A DNA stretch of 64,000 nucleotides. Origin: a bacterium. GTDB taxonomy: Bacteria > J088. How positions within the stretch are numbered: position 1 is the first letter of the stretch; each line of letters begins with the position of its first letter. The stretch spans positions 1,781 to 65,780 of the forward strand of contig JBFJWU010000001.1 of NCBI GenBank assembly GCA_041623475.1, read 5' to 3'. Of the stretch, positions 40,462 through 49,214 are shown piece by piece. The notes under the pieces are model-generated. The model saw only the letters and a list, made by a program, of their open reading frames with translations, had not been told where the DNA came from and made no database searches. The position numbers and the translations under genes were made by a program.

Positions 40462-41250
40462 GTGGCAACTATCACATTGAAGGGTAACAAGTGCCGAACA
40501 TCCGGTACCCTGCCCAAGGTCGGCACAAAGGCACCAGCGTTCAAGCTGACCAATAACAAGCTTCAGGAAGTCACACTCAAAGACTATTCCGGCAAGATGA
40601 AGATCCTCAATATCGTACCCAGCCTGGACACCGGCATTTGTGACATGTCTGCCCGGCGATTTGAAAAAGAAGTTGCCAAACTGGCCAAGACCGTTGTCCT
40701 GAATATTTCCCGGGATACGCCGTTTGCAGCCGGCCGATTCTGCGACAAGCGCAAGATAAAGAAGGTTGTCACGCTGTCCGAATTTACCAACAGGGACTTT
40801 GGTGCCAAATACGGTGTCGCGATTGTCAACGGACCCATGAACGGCGCCCTGGCGCGGGCCATCGTTGTCCTGGACGAGAACGACAAAGTGCTCTATACCG
40901 AGCTTGTACCGGAAATTGCCCAGGAACCAGACTATGCTGCGGCCATCGCAGCCGTAAAAGGCGCGGGCAAAGCCGCTCCGGCGAAAAAGAAGAAAGCTGC
41001 TGCCAAGACCAAGAAGGCGGCCGCGAAAAAGAAACCGGCGGCAAAAAAACCGGCAGCAAAGAAACCAGCGGCAAAGAAAACAGCCGCAAAGAAGTCAACG
41101 GCAAAGACAAAGACCGTAGCTAAAAAAGCAGCAGCGAAAAAGAAGACAACCGCCGGGAAAAAAGCCACTGCAAAAAAGACGGTGTCAGCCAAATCTTCCA
41201 CCGGGAAGAAGTCGGCGGCAAAAAAGAAGACAGCACGCAGGAAAAAATAA
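40462..41250 (+). CDS. tpx: Thiol peroxidase (Tpx, atypical 2-Cys peroxiredoxin) fused to a ~95-aa histone H1/AlgP-like Lys/Ala-repeat C-terminal tail
   Basis: Residues 1-165 align with Tpx throughout (LPKVGTKAPAFKLTNNKLQ...ILNIVPSLDTGICDMSARRFE...VVLNISRDTPFAAGRFC...PDYAAAIAAV). The tail is AKKAAAKTKKAAAKKKPAAKKPAAKKPAAKK.... RBS AAGGAG lies 9 nt upstream of the GTG. Confidence 0.85.
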   Translation: MATITLKGNKCRTSGTLPKVGTKAPAFKLTNNKLQEVTLKDYSGKMKILNIVPSLDTGICDMSARRFEKEVAKLAKTVVLNISRDTPFAAGRFCDKRKIKKVVTLSEFTNRDFGAKYGVAIVNGPMNGALARAIVVLDENDKVLYTELVPEIAQEPDYAAAIAAVKGAGKAAPAKKKKAAAKTKKAAAKKKPAAKKPAAKKPAAKKTAAKKSTAKTKTVAKKAAAKKKTTAGKKATAKKTVSAKSSTGKKSAAKKKTARRKK

Positions 41251-41273
41251 CACCTGCCTGATTTCTTGACCTG

Positions 41274-41303
41274 AAAAGGGCGGCCATTTGGCCGCCCTTT
41301 TTA
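41274..41303. terminator. Bidirectional rho-independent terminator between the convergent tpx fusion gene and the SPFH gene
   Basis: AAAA-GGGCGGCC-AUUU-GGCCGCCC-UUUUU. Confidence 0.8.
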
Positions 41304-41330
41304 AGTTACACACCGAAAAACTGGTTCGGA

Positions 41331-42212
41331 CTACCGTCCCTTGATGTCAATGAACGGCAGCGGAGCGTTGCCACCCATGTACTCAGGCAGCTTGCCGTCC
41401 CATTTCTCAATAGCCCGCAGCTGCACCAGGCTGGCGTTCAGCGTTTGCCGCAGCAGCCGCTGGGATTCTGCTTCCGCCCGGGCGTTGATCAGCCGTGCTT
41501 CGGCATCACCTTCTGCCTTGGCCTGTGTCTGCGCCGCCTCGGTCTTAATCCGTTCCAGATCGTTGACAGCCCGCAACGCGCGCTGCTCGGCGACCTGTTT
41601 GTCCTCAATTGCCGTATTGAATTCCGGCGAAAATGCGAAATCCAGGATCGAGAAATCCGTCACGATAACGTTGTACTTGACCAAACGTTGGGTGATATCT
41701 TCCTGGATTGCCGTTTTCACGTCCGGACGTTTGGTAATCAATGACTCGGCGTTGAATTGTGCCGTCCCGGATTTTACCGACTCCTGGATCGCCGGAATAA
41801 TAATGTTGCGAACGACGTTGGCACCCAGTTCCTGGAAAATCAAATTGGCCTTGGCCTTGTCCAGGTAATAGTTCAGGGCCACCTTTGACGTAACAATCTG
41901 CAAATCCTTGGACGATGCGGTTGCTTCGGCTTCAATTTTCTGCACTCGTACATCAACCGGAACGACTTTCGTTTTGATCGGCATGATCATGTGCAGGCCC
42001 TCGGGCAGGACTTCGTCCTGCACGGCCCCGAAATGGGTGACGACGCCAACGGTACCGGGCTCGACTATTACGAATGCGGAAAACGACAGGAAAACAGCGA
42101 CGACCAGGCCGATTACGGCAACAACACCGATCGCACTGGCGTTAACGCCGTCGCTGCCGTCTGACCCTCGTCCGCCACCCATCTTGTTGATCGTATCGAA
42201 TAAATCAGCCAT
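41331..42212 (-). CDS. SPFH/band-7 (stomatin/prohibitin/HflC-like) membrane protein
   Basis: N-terminal TM, then band-7 domain (VVTHFGAVQDEVLPEGLHMIMP..) and a C-terminal coiled coil. Confidence 0.85.
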   Translation of the reverse strand: MADLFDTINKMGGGRGSDGSDGVNASAIGVVAVIGLVVAVFLSFSAFVIVEPGTVGVVTHFGAVQDEVLPEGLHMIMPIKTKVVPVDVRVQKIEAEATASSKDLQIVTSKVALNYYLDKAKANLIFQELGANVVRNIIIPAIQESVKSGTAQFNAESLITKRPDVKTAIQEDITQRLVKYNVIVTDFSILDFAFSPEFNTAIEDKQVAEQRALRAVNDLERIKTEAAQTQAKAEGDAEARLINARAEAESQRLLRQTLNASLVQLRAIEKWDGKLPEYMGGNAPLPFIDIKGR

Positions 42213-42348
42213 TACGTGTCCTTTCTGCCGACATTGCCAAGGTCATATGGTACCGCGTCCGGTGCGCAAAAGGCTGTGCGGTTGGATTCAGACGACAAAT
42301 AAAGTGACGCCCGCCAATATGAAATCGCCGACCGCGAACCGCCCGGGC

Positions 42349-43632
42349 TTAAAAGTAAGTGGCCAGGCCGAATTGAAATCCGCTGCGACGAACCGCTGGG
42401 TTACCCAACAGATCGCGAATCCAATGGGTCCGATAATTGATTCGAAATACTGTGTCTGCCACAGGACGGATTGAAGGACCGATGCTCAACACCGTTTCCT
42501 CATCATAGATCCTGTCCCCGGTTGACCCGAATTTGCCAAGGTTGAAATCCACACGGTCAATCCGAACGGCTCCGTTAATAACTGCCGTGTAGTTACTGCC
42601 CCAGTTGAAGTCAAATAACGGGTAAATCGCATCCAGGTACAAGCCGTACTGCCGCTCAGCGAAAAGTTCGGCCAGGCCGCCCGGCACGTCAACCCGGTTC
42701 CATGCAAATTCACCCTGCAATTGCAGGTCCTGAATCGCAGCCTCCAGGTCGACCGCCAGGATATGCAACCACAATTTGGGCGCGACGGTCTCTCCCTCGG
42801 CACGAAAGTCATTGTAGGGCCCTCCGTACCAGGACAATCCCACTTCGCCGAACCGATCATGGGCGAGTGCCAGGCGACTGTTGAATGAAGGAAAGCCGTT
42901 GTTATCCTCGGCAAAGGCCGCTTCATCTTTTCCAGCCGCCAGCGATGTCCGGCTGTCAGCGTTCAAGACAACGCCGGATCCCAGGCCGTTCATGAAATAC
43001 AAGTCATAGGTCATCGTTGCGTCGCCCACCAGAAAACGCCCATACAGGCCGGCACCGACTTCGGACAGGGTCGACGGAATAATTTGGGTTGACACCAGCG
43101 GCCGCTCAACGAATTCATACAGCGGTGCGTCATGGTTCTGGTTGAACCGGCCAACCGCCGGCAGGATTATCCCGCCGCGCAAAGTCAACGCCGGGGACAG
43201 TTCGACGTCAAGCAACGCGGTTTCAAGGGCGATTTCTTCGGTACCATGTTCGAATTCCAGTTCGGCCAGCATCTTCAGTCGCCGCGCAATCGACGAATAG
43301 ACGAACAGGTTAAAACGACGCATTTCCAGCGAGAATCCCTCGCTGACACCGTCCTCGACAAAATAATGCGCGGCGGTTTCAAGATAACCGCCCAGTGCTG
43401 TCCGCACGGCACCCTGGCCAGCTGACGCGACGAATGGCCGATTGTAAACTCCCTCCTGGTTCAAAGGCACGACATTGGTCGATACGGCTGCATATCTTTG
43501 TGGTGCATCCGACAACAACGAGTGAATCTGCGGCGGTAGCGAGTGCGGTTCGTGAGAATCGGTCGTGGTCGCCGGAGTCACTGCGGTTACGGTCGTCATT
43601 GCCGCGGCCATCAATGCAAATGAAAACGTCAT
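42349..43632 (-). CDS. Outer-membrane beta-barrel protein (hypothetical porin or channel)
   Basis: Signal peptide MTFSFALMAAAMTTVTA. Amphipathic beta-strand pattern throughout. C-terminal ...GLATYF (terminal Phe). Confidence 0.7.
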   Translation of the reverse strand: MTFSFALMAAAMTTVTAVTPATTTDSHEPHSLPPQIHSLLSDAPQRYAAVSTNVVPLNQEGVYNRPFVASAGQGAVRTALGGYLETAAHYFVEDGVSEGFSLEMRRFNLFVYSSIARRLKMLAELEFEHGTEEIALETALLDVELSPALTLRGGIILPAVGRFNQNHDAPLYEFVERPLVSTQIIPSTLSEVGAGLYGRFLVGDATMTYDLYFMNGLGSGVVLNADSRTSLAAGKDEAAFAEDNNGFPSFNSRLALAHDRFGEVGLSWYGGPYNDFRAEGETVAPKLWLHILAVDLEAAIQDLQLQGEFAWNRVDVPGGLAELFAERQYGLYLDAIYPLFDFNWGSNYTAVINGAVRIDRVDFNLGKFGSTGDRIYDEETVLSIGPSIRPVADTVFRINYRTHWIRDLLGNPAVRRSGFQFGLATYF

Positions 43633-44036
43633 CCGCCCACCATCACGCGTCCGTCCAGTTCGACGACGCTGTAACGTTTCAGGTCGGTCCGGGCGGGTTT
43701 ACTGAGTACCTCACCGGTCAACGCGAATTCGCTGCCGTGGCAGGGGCATTCCAGCCGCCCGGCGGACTCACGAAGCTCACACTGCTTGTGCGTGCAAACA
43801 GCGGATACCGCCGACAACGAACCGTCATCAAGTCGACAGACAACGATCGGCGACGCCAGCCTGCGATTGTCGATCCCGATGCACCGTTGTTCACCGAAAC
43901 CGGCGCTATCGAAAACGATCCGGCCACTTTCTACCGTGTTGGGCACCCACGTCAATCCGGTACACCCGGCCATTGATGAGCACGCGGCCGCACCACAGAT
44001 CCCGGCCGTGGTACGCAGTAGTGTCCGGCGCTGCAT
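43629..44036 (-). CDS. Tat-exported Rieske [2Fe-2S] domain protein
   Basis: Twin-arginine motif QRRTLL. Rieske boxes CTHKQC and CPCHGS. Confidence 0.8.
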   Translation of the reverse strand: MQRRTLLRTTAGICGAAACSSMAGCTGLTWVPNTVESGRIVFDSAGFGEQRCIGIDNRRLASPIVVCRLDDGSLSAVSAVCTHKQCELRESAGRLECPCHGSEFALTGEVLSKPARTDLKRYSVVELDGRVMVGG

Positions 44037-45265
44037 TACAAGGACTCCAGAAACGTGATCAACTGGTCTTTCTGTCCTGAGTCGAGCGCCTCAAATGCGT
44101 CTCTGGAGGCCGCCGCCTCGCCTCCGTGTTCTGCGATCGCTTGCTCCAGGGTTTCAGCCCGTCCGTCGTGCATGAAAAACGGCCGACCACCCTGCGAGTC
44201 GGCGCTGAGGCCAAGGCCCCATAATGGGGTCGTTCTCCATTCCGACGGGCCAGCGGTGCCTTCAACATAGTTGTCATCCAACCCTGGACCCATGTCGTGC
44301 ATCAACAGATCCGTGTACGGGTGGATTGTCTGGTTGGCCAACGCCGCAATTGGCGACGGGCCCGTCGTCAGGGTCGGGATGTGGCAGTCTGCGCAACCGA
44401 TCGAACTAAACAGCACTTCCCCAGCCTTGACTTGGGGGTGGCCAGGATTCCGACGGGTTGGAACCTTCAGCGTCTGGATGTAGAACACGACATCGTGAAC
44501 AGTATCGGAACCGATCTCGGGATCGGCAACATTGTCCCCGGTCAGGCGGCCGACAGTTTGCCGATTGACTGGATCGTCCGTAATAAAATCACTGGTAATT
44601 CCAATGTCATTGACATAGGCAAGGACGGTCTGGTGGAGCAGGTCAATGGCTCCGGCCTTGCGCCCGAACCGGCCAATGTAATGGGTGGTGCCGCTGATGG
44701 TGCGAGACACATGATGTGGCTGTGGCTGAAAAAAATCGGGTGCCGGGATGTAGTTCGGCACACCGGAAATTCCGTTTCCGTCCACGTCCGTGGGATCAGA
44801 AAGGGCAAGAAGTGCGCCGTCGGTGACGGCTTCCAGATAGCCCAGACCCACAACCTGTGGTGGCAGCAGGGTGGTCAGCCCGTTGGCAATATCAGGAACC
44901 CGTTCCGGTTCGGATCCAGGCACGGCCCTGTTCTGCAACTGAGGTCCGCCGTGCTCGAGTAATGGATCCCAGGTCCCGTCGGATGCATTGTACCGACCGA
45001 ACCGTTGCAGGGATGTCAGCGGATGGCCTTTGCCGTCACCTATATGGCAGGTTTCGCATCCCGTGGAATTAAAGATCGGACCTAAACCATCCTCTACGCC
45101 GAACGTTTCGGCAAATTTCTCGTCACCGCGAAGGTGCAGCAGCAATTGCTGGTCTGTCAGTCCGGGCACAGGTTCAGCCAGCACATCTGGCGAAGCTGGT
45201 GCTGGTGCCAGCCGATCGCCACACCCGCCAGTTACGAGCCCGATAATTATGAGCGTGCGAAACAT
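44036..45265 (-). CDS. Di-haem cytochrome c peroxidase-like lipoprotein (DUF1111 'thiol oxidoreductase' family)
   Basis: Lipobox LVTGGCG. Two CxxCH haem motifs (CETCH, CADCH). 410 aa. Trimmed from the 566-aa track ORF to ATG 45265. Confidence 0.8.
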   Translation of the reverse strand: MFRTLIIIGLVTGGCGDRLAPAPASPDVLAEPVPGLTDQQLLLHLRGDEKFAETFGVEDGLGPIFNSTGCETCHIGDGKGHPLTSLQRFGRYNASDGTWDPLLEHGGPQLQNRAVPGSEPERVPDIANGLTTLLPPQVVGLGYLEAVTDGALLALSDPTDVDGNGISGVPNYIPAPDFFQPQPHHVSRTISGTTHYIGRFGRKAGAIDLLHQTVLAYVNDIGITSDFITDDPVNRQTVGRLTGDNVADPEIGSDTVHDVVFYIQTLKVPTRRNPGHPQVKAGEVLFSSIGCADCHIPTLTTGPSPIAALANQTIHPYTDLLMHDMGPGLDDNYVEGTAGPSEWRTTPLWGLGLSADSQGGRPFFMHDGRAETLEQAIAEHGGEAAASRDAFEALDSGQKDQLITFLESL

Positions 45266-45346
45266 AGATTTAGGTATATCTAATTTTTTACTTTCCTGCA
45301 ACTTAAAATCAGCGTCGGCAGGCTGGACCACCAAAAATATATAATT

Positions 45347-46582
45347 GTGATTGACATGGAATGGCTGAACGACATTTTTCGACAGACACCGACGGCTGAA
45401 CCGACAAGCCAGTATGCAATTCTGGCGGCCCTGATTTTTGTCGGGCTGATCGCGGACCGGGTGGCCGTGCGACTGATCCTGGCGTTGTTGCGCAACCTGG
45501 CCAGTCGAAGTCGCGGTCGCTGGGATGACCTGCTGGTCGACCACGGCGTATTTGAACGCCTGTCGCACCTGGCCCCGGCATTGATCATCCTGATTGGTAT
45601 TGATGTGCTGGCCCTGGACGCAACACCGATTGTACTTCTGCGGCGAGTCGCGGCAGCGACAATTGTTGTTGTAGTTCTGCGAACAGTCGGCGCATTCCTG
45701 AATGCGGTCAACGACATTTACAACACCTTCGCCCACGCAAAGGATCGGCCGATCAAGGGCTACTTGCAGGTCATCAAACTGGTGGCATTCCTGCTGGGCA
45801 CAGTGATGGTTGTTGCGATCCTGCTGGATCGTTCACCCATGGCGTTCCTGACCGGCATCGGTGCATTATCTGCAGTTCTTCTGCTGGTCTTCAAGGATAC
45901 ATTGTTGTCGCTGGTAGCCAGTGTCCAGTTGATGTCAAACGACCTGATCCGTGTCGGTGACTGGATCGAAGTTCCCGGATACGGTGCTGACGGTGACGTC
46001 ACCGACATCGCTCTGCACACCATCAAGGTCCAGAACTTTGACAAAACCACGACAACGATTCCCACCTATGCCCTGATCAACAACGGGTTCAAAAACTGGC
46101 GAACAATGCCGGAATCAGGCGGCCGCCGCATCAAGCGATCAGTCTGTCTGGATGCCCACGGGATCCGCTATCTCGATGATCGCGAAGTGGAACGATTCGG
46201 TCAGTGGCGACTGTTGGCCAGCTATATTGCTGCGAAAAACAAGGAGTTGGCCGAGTACAACGTGGAACGCCGGCCTGAACACGGTGACGTGAGGCGACTG
46301 ACTAATATCGGAACACTGCGGGCCTATGTCGTGAATTATCTTGCTGACCATCCGGATATCAACAAGGATTTGACCTGTTTGGTACGACTCCTGGAACCGT
46401 CGGCCGCAGGCGTACCGTTGCAGGTCTACTGCTTTGCGAATAAAACCGGCTGGGTTGATTTTGAAGCTGTCCAGTCCGATATTTTCGAGCACATCCTCGC
46501 GATCCTGCCCGAATTCGGGCTGAAGGTCTTTCAGAACCCCTCGGGCAGCGATTTCCGGCTCATTGCCCGACCGGACAATTAA
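45347..46582 (+). CDS. Mechanosensitive ion channel, MscS family
   Basis: TM helices, then the conserved MscS beta-domain (LIRVGDWIEVPGYGADGDVTDIALHTIKVQNFDKTTTTIPT). Confidence 0.85.
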   Translation: MIDMEWLNDIFRQTPTAEPTSQYAILAALIFVGLIADRVAVRLILALLRNLASRSRGRWDDLLVDHGVFERLSHLAPALIILIGIDVLALDATPIVLLRRVAAATIVVVVLRTVGAFLNAVNDIYNTFAHAKDRPIKGYLQVIKLVAFLLGTVMVVAILLDRSPMAFLTGIGALSAVLLLVFKDTLLSLVASVQLMSNDLIRVGDWIEVPGYGADGDVTDIALHTIKVQNFDKTTTTIPTYALINNGFKNWRTMPESGGRRIKRSVCLDAHGIRYLDDREVERFGQWRLLASYIAAKNKELAEYNVERRPEHGDVRRLTNIGTLRAYVVNYLADHPDINKDLTCLVRLLEPSAAGVPLQVYCFANKTGWVDFEAVQSDIFEHILAILPEFGLKVFQNPSGSDFRLIARPDN

Positions 46583-47538
46583 TCCTGGACCTGGTTGGTC
46601 GATTCGGTCGGGGCCGACACGGGACTGGTTTGCGGTCTTTCGGCCTGGTCAGGACCGGATTTGATGTCTTCGGATTCGATTGTTGCCGGTCCACCAGACG
46701 TTATTCCGGTCACTGACTGAACGGGACCACTGACCGAACCGGACGAATCGGCATCATTGACAGGCGGCAACGTGGATTCAACCAGCGGACCCGGATCGTC
46801 GGCTCGGTTCTCGACAGGTTGCTCCGGGCGAATCAAATCGACACCGGGTTCGGGCATTTCCCAGTCGGCACCGCACGGCTGGTTGAACCTTCCCTGGAAT
46901 TCTACGACCGACCCGGCCCAGGCCTGCCGCATGTCATTTGCCCGCACCTCGGCCTGGCGGCGGCCAACCATCGCTGCATCAACCTTTGTTGCGGCTGAAT
47001 CTACGGCCTTCGTCCATCGGGCAAGTTCCTTGTCACGGTCCTCCCTCAGGACACCTGGCCGGTCCATGACTGCCCCCAGCCGGGCTCGCTCCTGCATCGC
47101 AACGGAATGTTCATAACGGCGACGTTGCTCGCGCTCCATTGCTTTTGCTACTTCAAGGGCGGCATCGTGTGCCTGGACTTCAGATTGATGAACGCGAACC
47201 AACGCATCGAAACGCGCGCGGCAGTAAGCGTGCAGTTCTTCACCCGCCTGGTCCATCTGCAGCCGCGCCGCTTCCAGGTTCAGCCGCGACCACTCGGCCA
47301 GTGCCTCGGCAACATCCTCTCGGGCTTCCGACGCATCGACAACGGACTCGGCAATCCGGCGTTGTCGCGTAGCCAGTTGCCAGGATGTTGAGATCCGAAT
47401 GCGTTCTTCTTCGAGCGGCTTCAACTGGGTTCGCTGCTCCTGGTCAAGTACGCGCAATTCTTCCGGTTTCGCGTGCTTCAGCAATATTCCACAGCCGCCA
47501 AGGATAAGGCCCAGCGAAATCGCGATCATCCTGCTCAA
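46579..47538 (-). CDS. Hypothetical coiled-coil lipoprotein
   Basis: Lipobox LILGGCG. Long Arg/Glu/Ala-rich helical region. Ser/Pro-rich C-terminus. Confidence 0.55.
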   Translation of the reverse strand: MSRMIAISLGLILGGCGILLKHAKPEELRVLDQEQRTQLKPLEEERIRISTSWQLATRQRRIAESVVDASEAREDVAEALAEWSRLNLEAARLQMDQAGEELHAYCRARFDALVRVHQSEVQAHDAALEVAKAMEREQRRRYEHSVAMQERARLGAVMDRPGVLREDRDKELARWTKAVDSAATKVDAAMVGRRQAEVRANDMRQAWAGSVVEFQGRFNQPCGADWEMPEPGVDLIRPEQPVENRADDPGPLVESTLPPVNDADSSGSVSGPVQSVTGITSGGPATIESEDIKSGPDQAERPQTSPVSAPTESTNQVQD

Positions 47539-48317
47539 AAGGAATCCCTCGCGTTCCTCAGGGCTACAAAAATATCCCGGGGTGCGGTCGATTCGGCACC
47601 CATTTTCTGCGCGGCGGCAATGACACCTGGTTGATCACAGCGCAGAAACGGGTTCACCAGCAGTTCATCGGCGATTGTCAGCCAGGGAAGTTCGTTACCC
47701 TGGTTGCGTGCCGCATCAATTCGACTTGCCAGCGATTCAATGTCCGTATTTTCCGGTTCAACGTGCCGGGCAAAGCTCAGGTTCTTGTCAGCGTAATCGT
47801 GCCCCCAGGCGATCTTCAATCCTGGGTCGGCTGTGCGGATTCGCTCCCACACCGTCGTGAACAAGTCCGGCAGGTTGCCGCCAAAGTTAGGGTTGCCGCA
47901 TCCAGCCAAAAACAGGACATCGCCAACGACCAGCAACTCGCCGGTTCGAACGGTGATGTGCGCCGGGTGGTGGCCAGGCGTGTACCAGACATCCAGCATC
48001 TCCTGTCCCAGCGCGATCTGGTCACCCTCAACGACGGTTTCTACGTTTGCAGCAGCGATGTCAGAGACACCATTCGGATGGACGTATACCGGCACATCGT
48101 GTCGATTCAAAAACCCCTGCAACCCGTTGATGTGGTCCCAATGGGTGTGGGTCAGGATGACTCCTTGCGGGTCGATCTGTTCCCGTTCCAGGCATTCGAA
48201 GACACGGTTTTCGTCGAACGGATCCACAACCAGGCACTCCGAACCGGCAGCCAGGACATACTGGTAGTTGTCACCGACCGGAGGTCGGAATCGAATTGTC
48301 CGCATCGATGCGTTCAT
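47535..48317 (-). CDS. gloB: Hydroxyacylglutathione hydrolase (glyoxalase II), MBL fold
   Basis: THTHWDH metal-binding motif. 260 aa. Overall GloB architecture. Confidence 0.85.
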   Translation of the reverse strand: MNASMRTIRFRPPVGDNYQYVLAAGSECLVVDPFDENRVFECLEREQIDPQGVILTHTHWDHINGLQGFLNRHDVPVYVHPNGVSDIAAANVETVVEGDQIALGQEMLDVWYTPGHHPAHITVRTGELLVVGDVLFLAGCGNPNFGGNLPDLFTTVWERIRTADPGLKIAWGHDYADKNLSFARHVEPENTDIESLASRIDAARNQGNELPWLTIADELLVNPFLRCDQPGVIAAAQKMGAESTAPRDIFVALRNARDSF

Positions 48318-48367
48318 AGGTTGTGTCAGTATCCGGTCGAATCAGCCCCGGCAGGTTCCGATTCCGT

Positions 48368-48655
48368 TCAGCCGGCCAGCTTTTCCTCGAGGCTTGTAAA
48401 CTTTCGCGACAGTTTGTCGATGTCTTTTTCCATCCGTCGCAGACGGCTTTTTGCCTGTTTGAATTCCTGTTGTGTAACCAGTCCCAGGTTCTGGGCCGTC
48501 TGGTCCCGTACTTCATCGACCCGCTGCCGGCTTTCCATATAGGTCTGCATGGCCTTGGCAACGATCGGGCGCGTGCGTTCATCAGCCATCAATTTCATGA
48601 CGGTCTCCTGCGCACGTTTTTCAACATTCTTCTGCAATTTTTTCGTGACGCTCAT
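48368..48655 (-). CDS. UbiK/YqiC-like coiled-coil accessory protein (BMFP family)
   Basis: 95-aa coiled-coil protein. The C-terminal half resembles E. coli UbiK (..LVTQQEFKQAKSRLRRMEKDIDKLSRKFTSLEE). Confidence 0.5.
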   Translation of the reverse strand: MSVTKKLQKNVEKRAQETVMKLMADERTRPIVAKAMQTYMESRQRVDEVRDQTAQNLGLVTQQEFKQAKSRLRRMEKDIDKLSRKFTSLEEKLAG

Positions 48656-48710
48656 TGCGACTCCCTTCCTTGTCTCAGGTTAAACCAGTTGACGACATGC
48701 GTCAACATTT

Positions 48711-49214
48711 TTAAAGGTAATCCAGGATCTCGTCGACAACCTGGTCCGGGCTGCCTGCTGCATTGACCCTGTGATCCGCTTGTGCATAGATGTCGCGGCG
48801 GTCGTCGTACAGATTGGCCATGCGAACAGCCGGGTCGACACCGTCCAGAAGAGGGCGGCCGCCGACGCTTGCGCGCTCTGCAGCCAGTTCCGGAGCAAGA
48901 TCCAGCCAGAAAACCTTGCCGGCCGCAGCCAACAGCGTCCGGTTGCTATCGACAATGACAGTTCCACCGCCGCAGGACAGGACACCGGCAGGCAGGGACA
49001 GGATTCTGTCCAGCATCACCGACTCCAGGTCCCGAAAAGCAATTTCGCCGTCGGCCGCGAAGATATCGCTGATAGTGCGCCCTTCGGCGCGCTCAATTTC
49101 CATATCAAGGTCGTAGAAGGGTCGCCCGAGCCGTTCAGCCAGTATCCTCCCGACCGTGCTTTTCCCTGATCCCATCAACCCGGTCAGGCTGATCCAGTCG
49201 GCCGACGTCTTCAT
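48711..49214 (-). CDS. aroK: Shikimate kinase
   Basis: Walker A GLMGSGKST. Shikimate-binding region. 167 aa. ATGA overlap with hisD. Confidence 0.9.
   Translation of the reverse strand: MKTSADWISLTGLMGSGKSTVGRILAERLGRPFYDLDMEIERAEGRTISDIFAADGEIAFRDLESVMLDRILSLPAGVLSCGGGTVIVDSNRTLLAAAGKVFWLDLAPELAAERASVGGRPLLDGVDPAVRMANLYDDRRDIYAQADHRVNAAGSPDQVVDEILDYL

Noticed and set aside
40980-41240. Nucleotide-level tandem repeats in the tpx 3' region, considered as a possible repeat or CRISPR-like array
   Set aside because: The repetition is codon-level (GCN-AAR-AAR encoding AKK) within an intact ORF. There are no spacer/repeat units, so it is a low-complexity coding region rather than an array. No CRISPR, IS element, integrase or tRNA was seen anywhere in the window.
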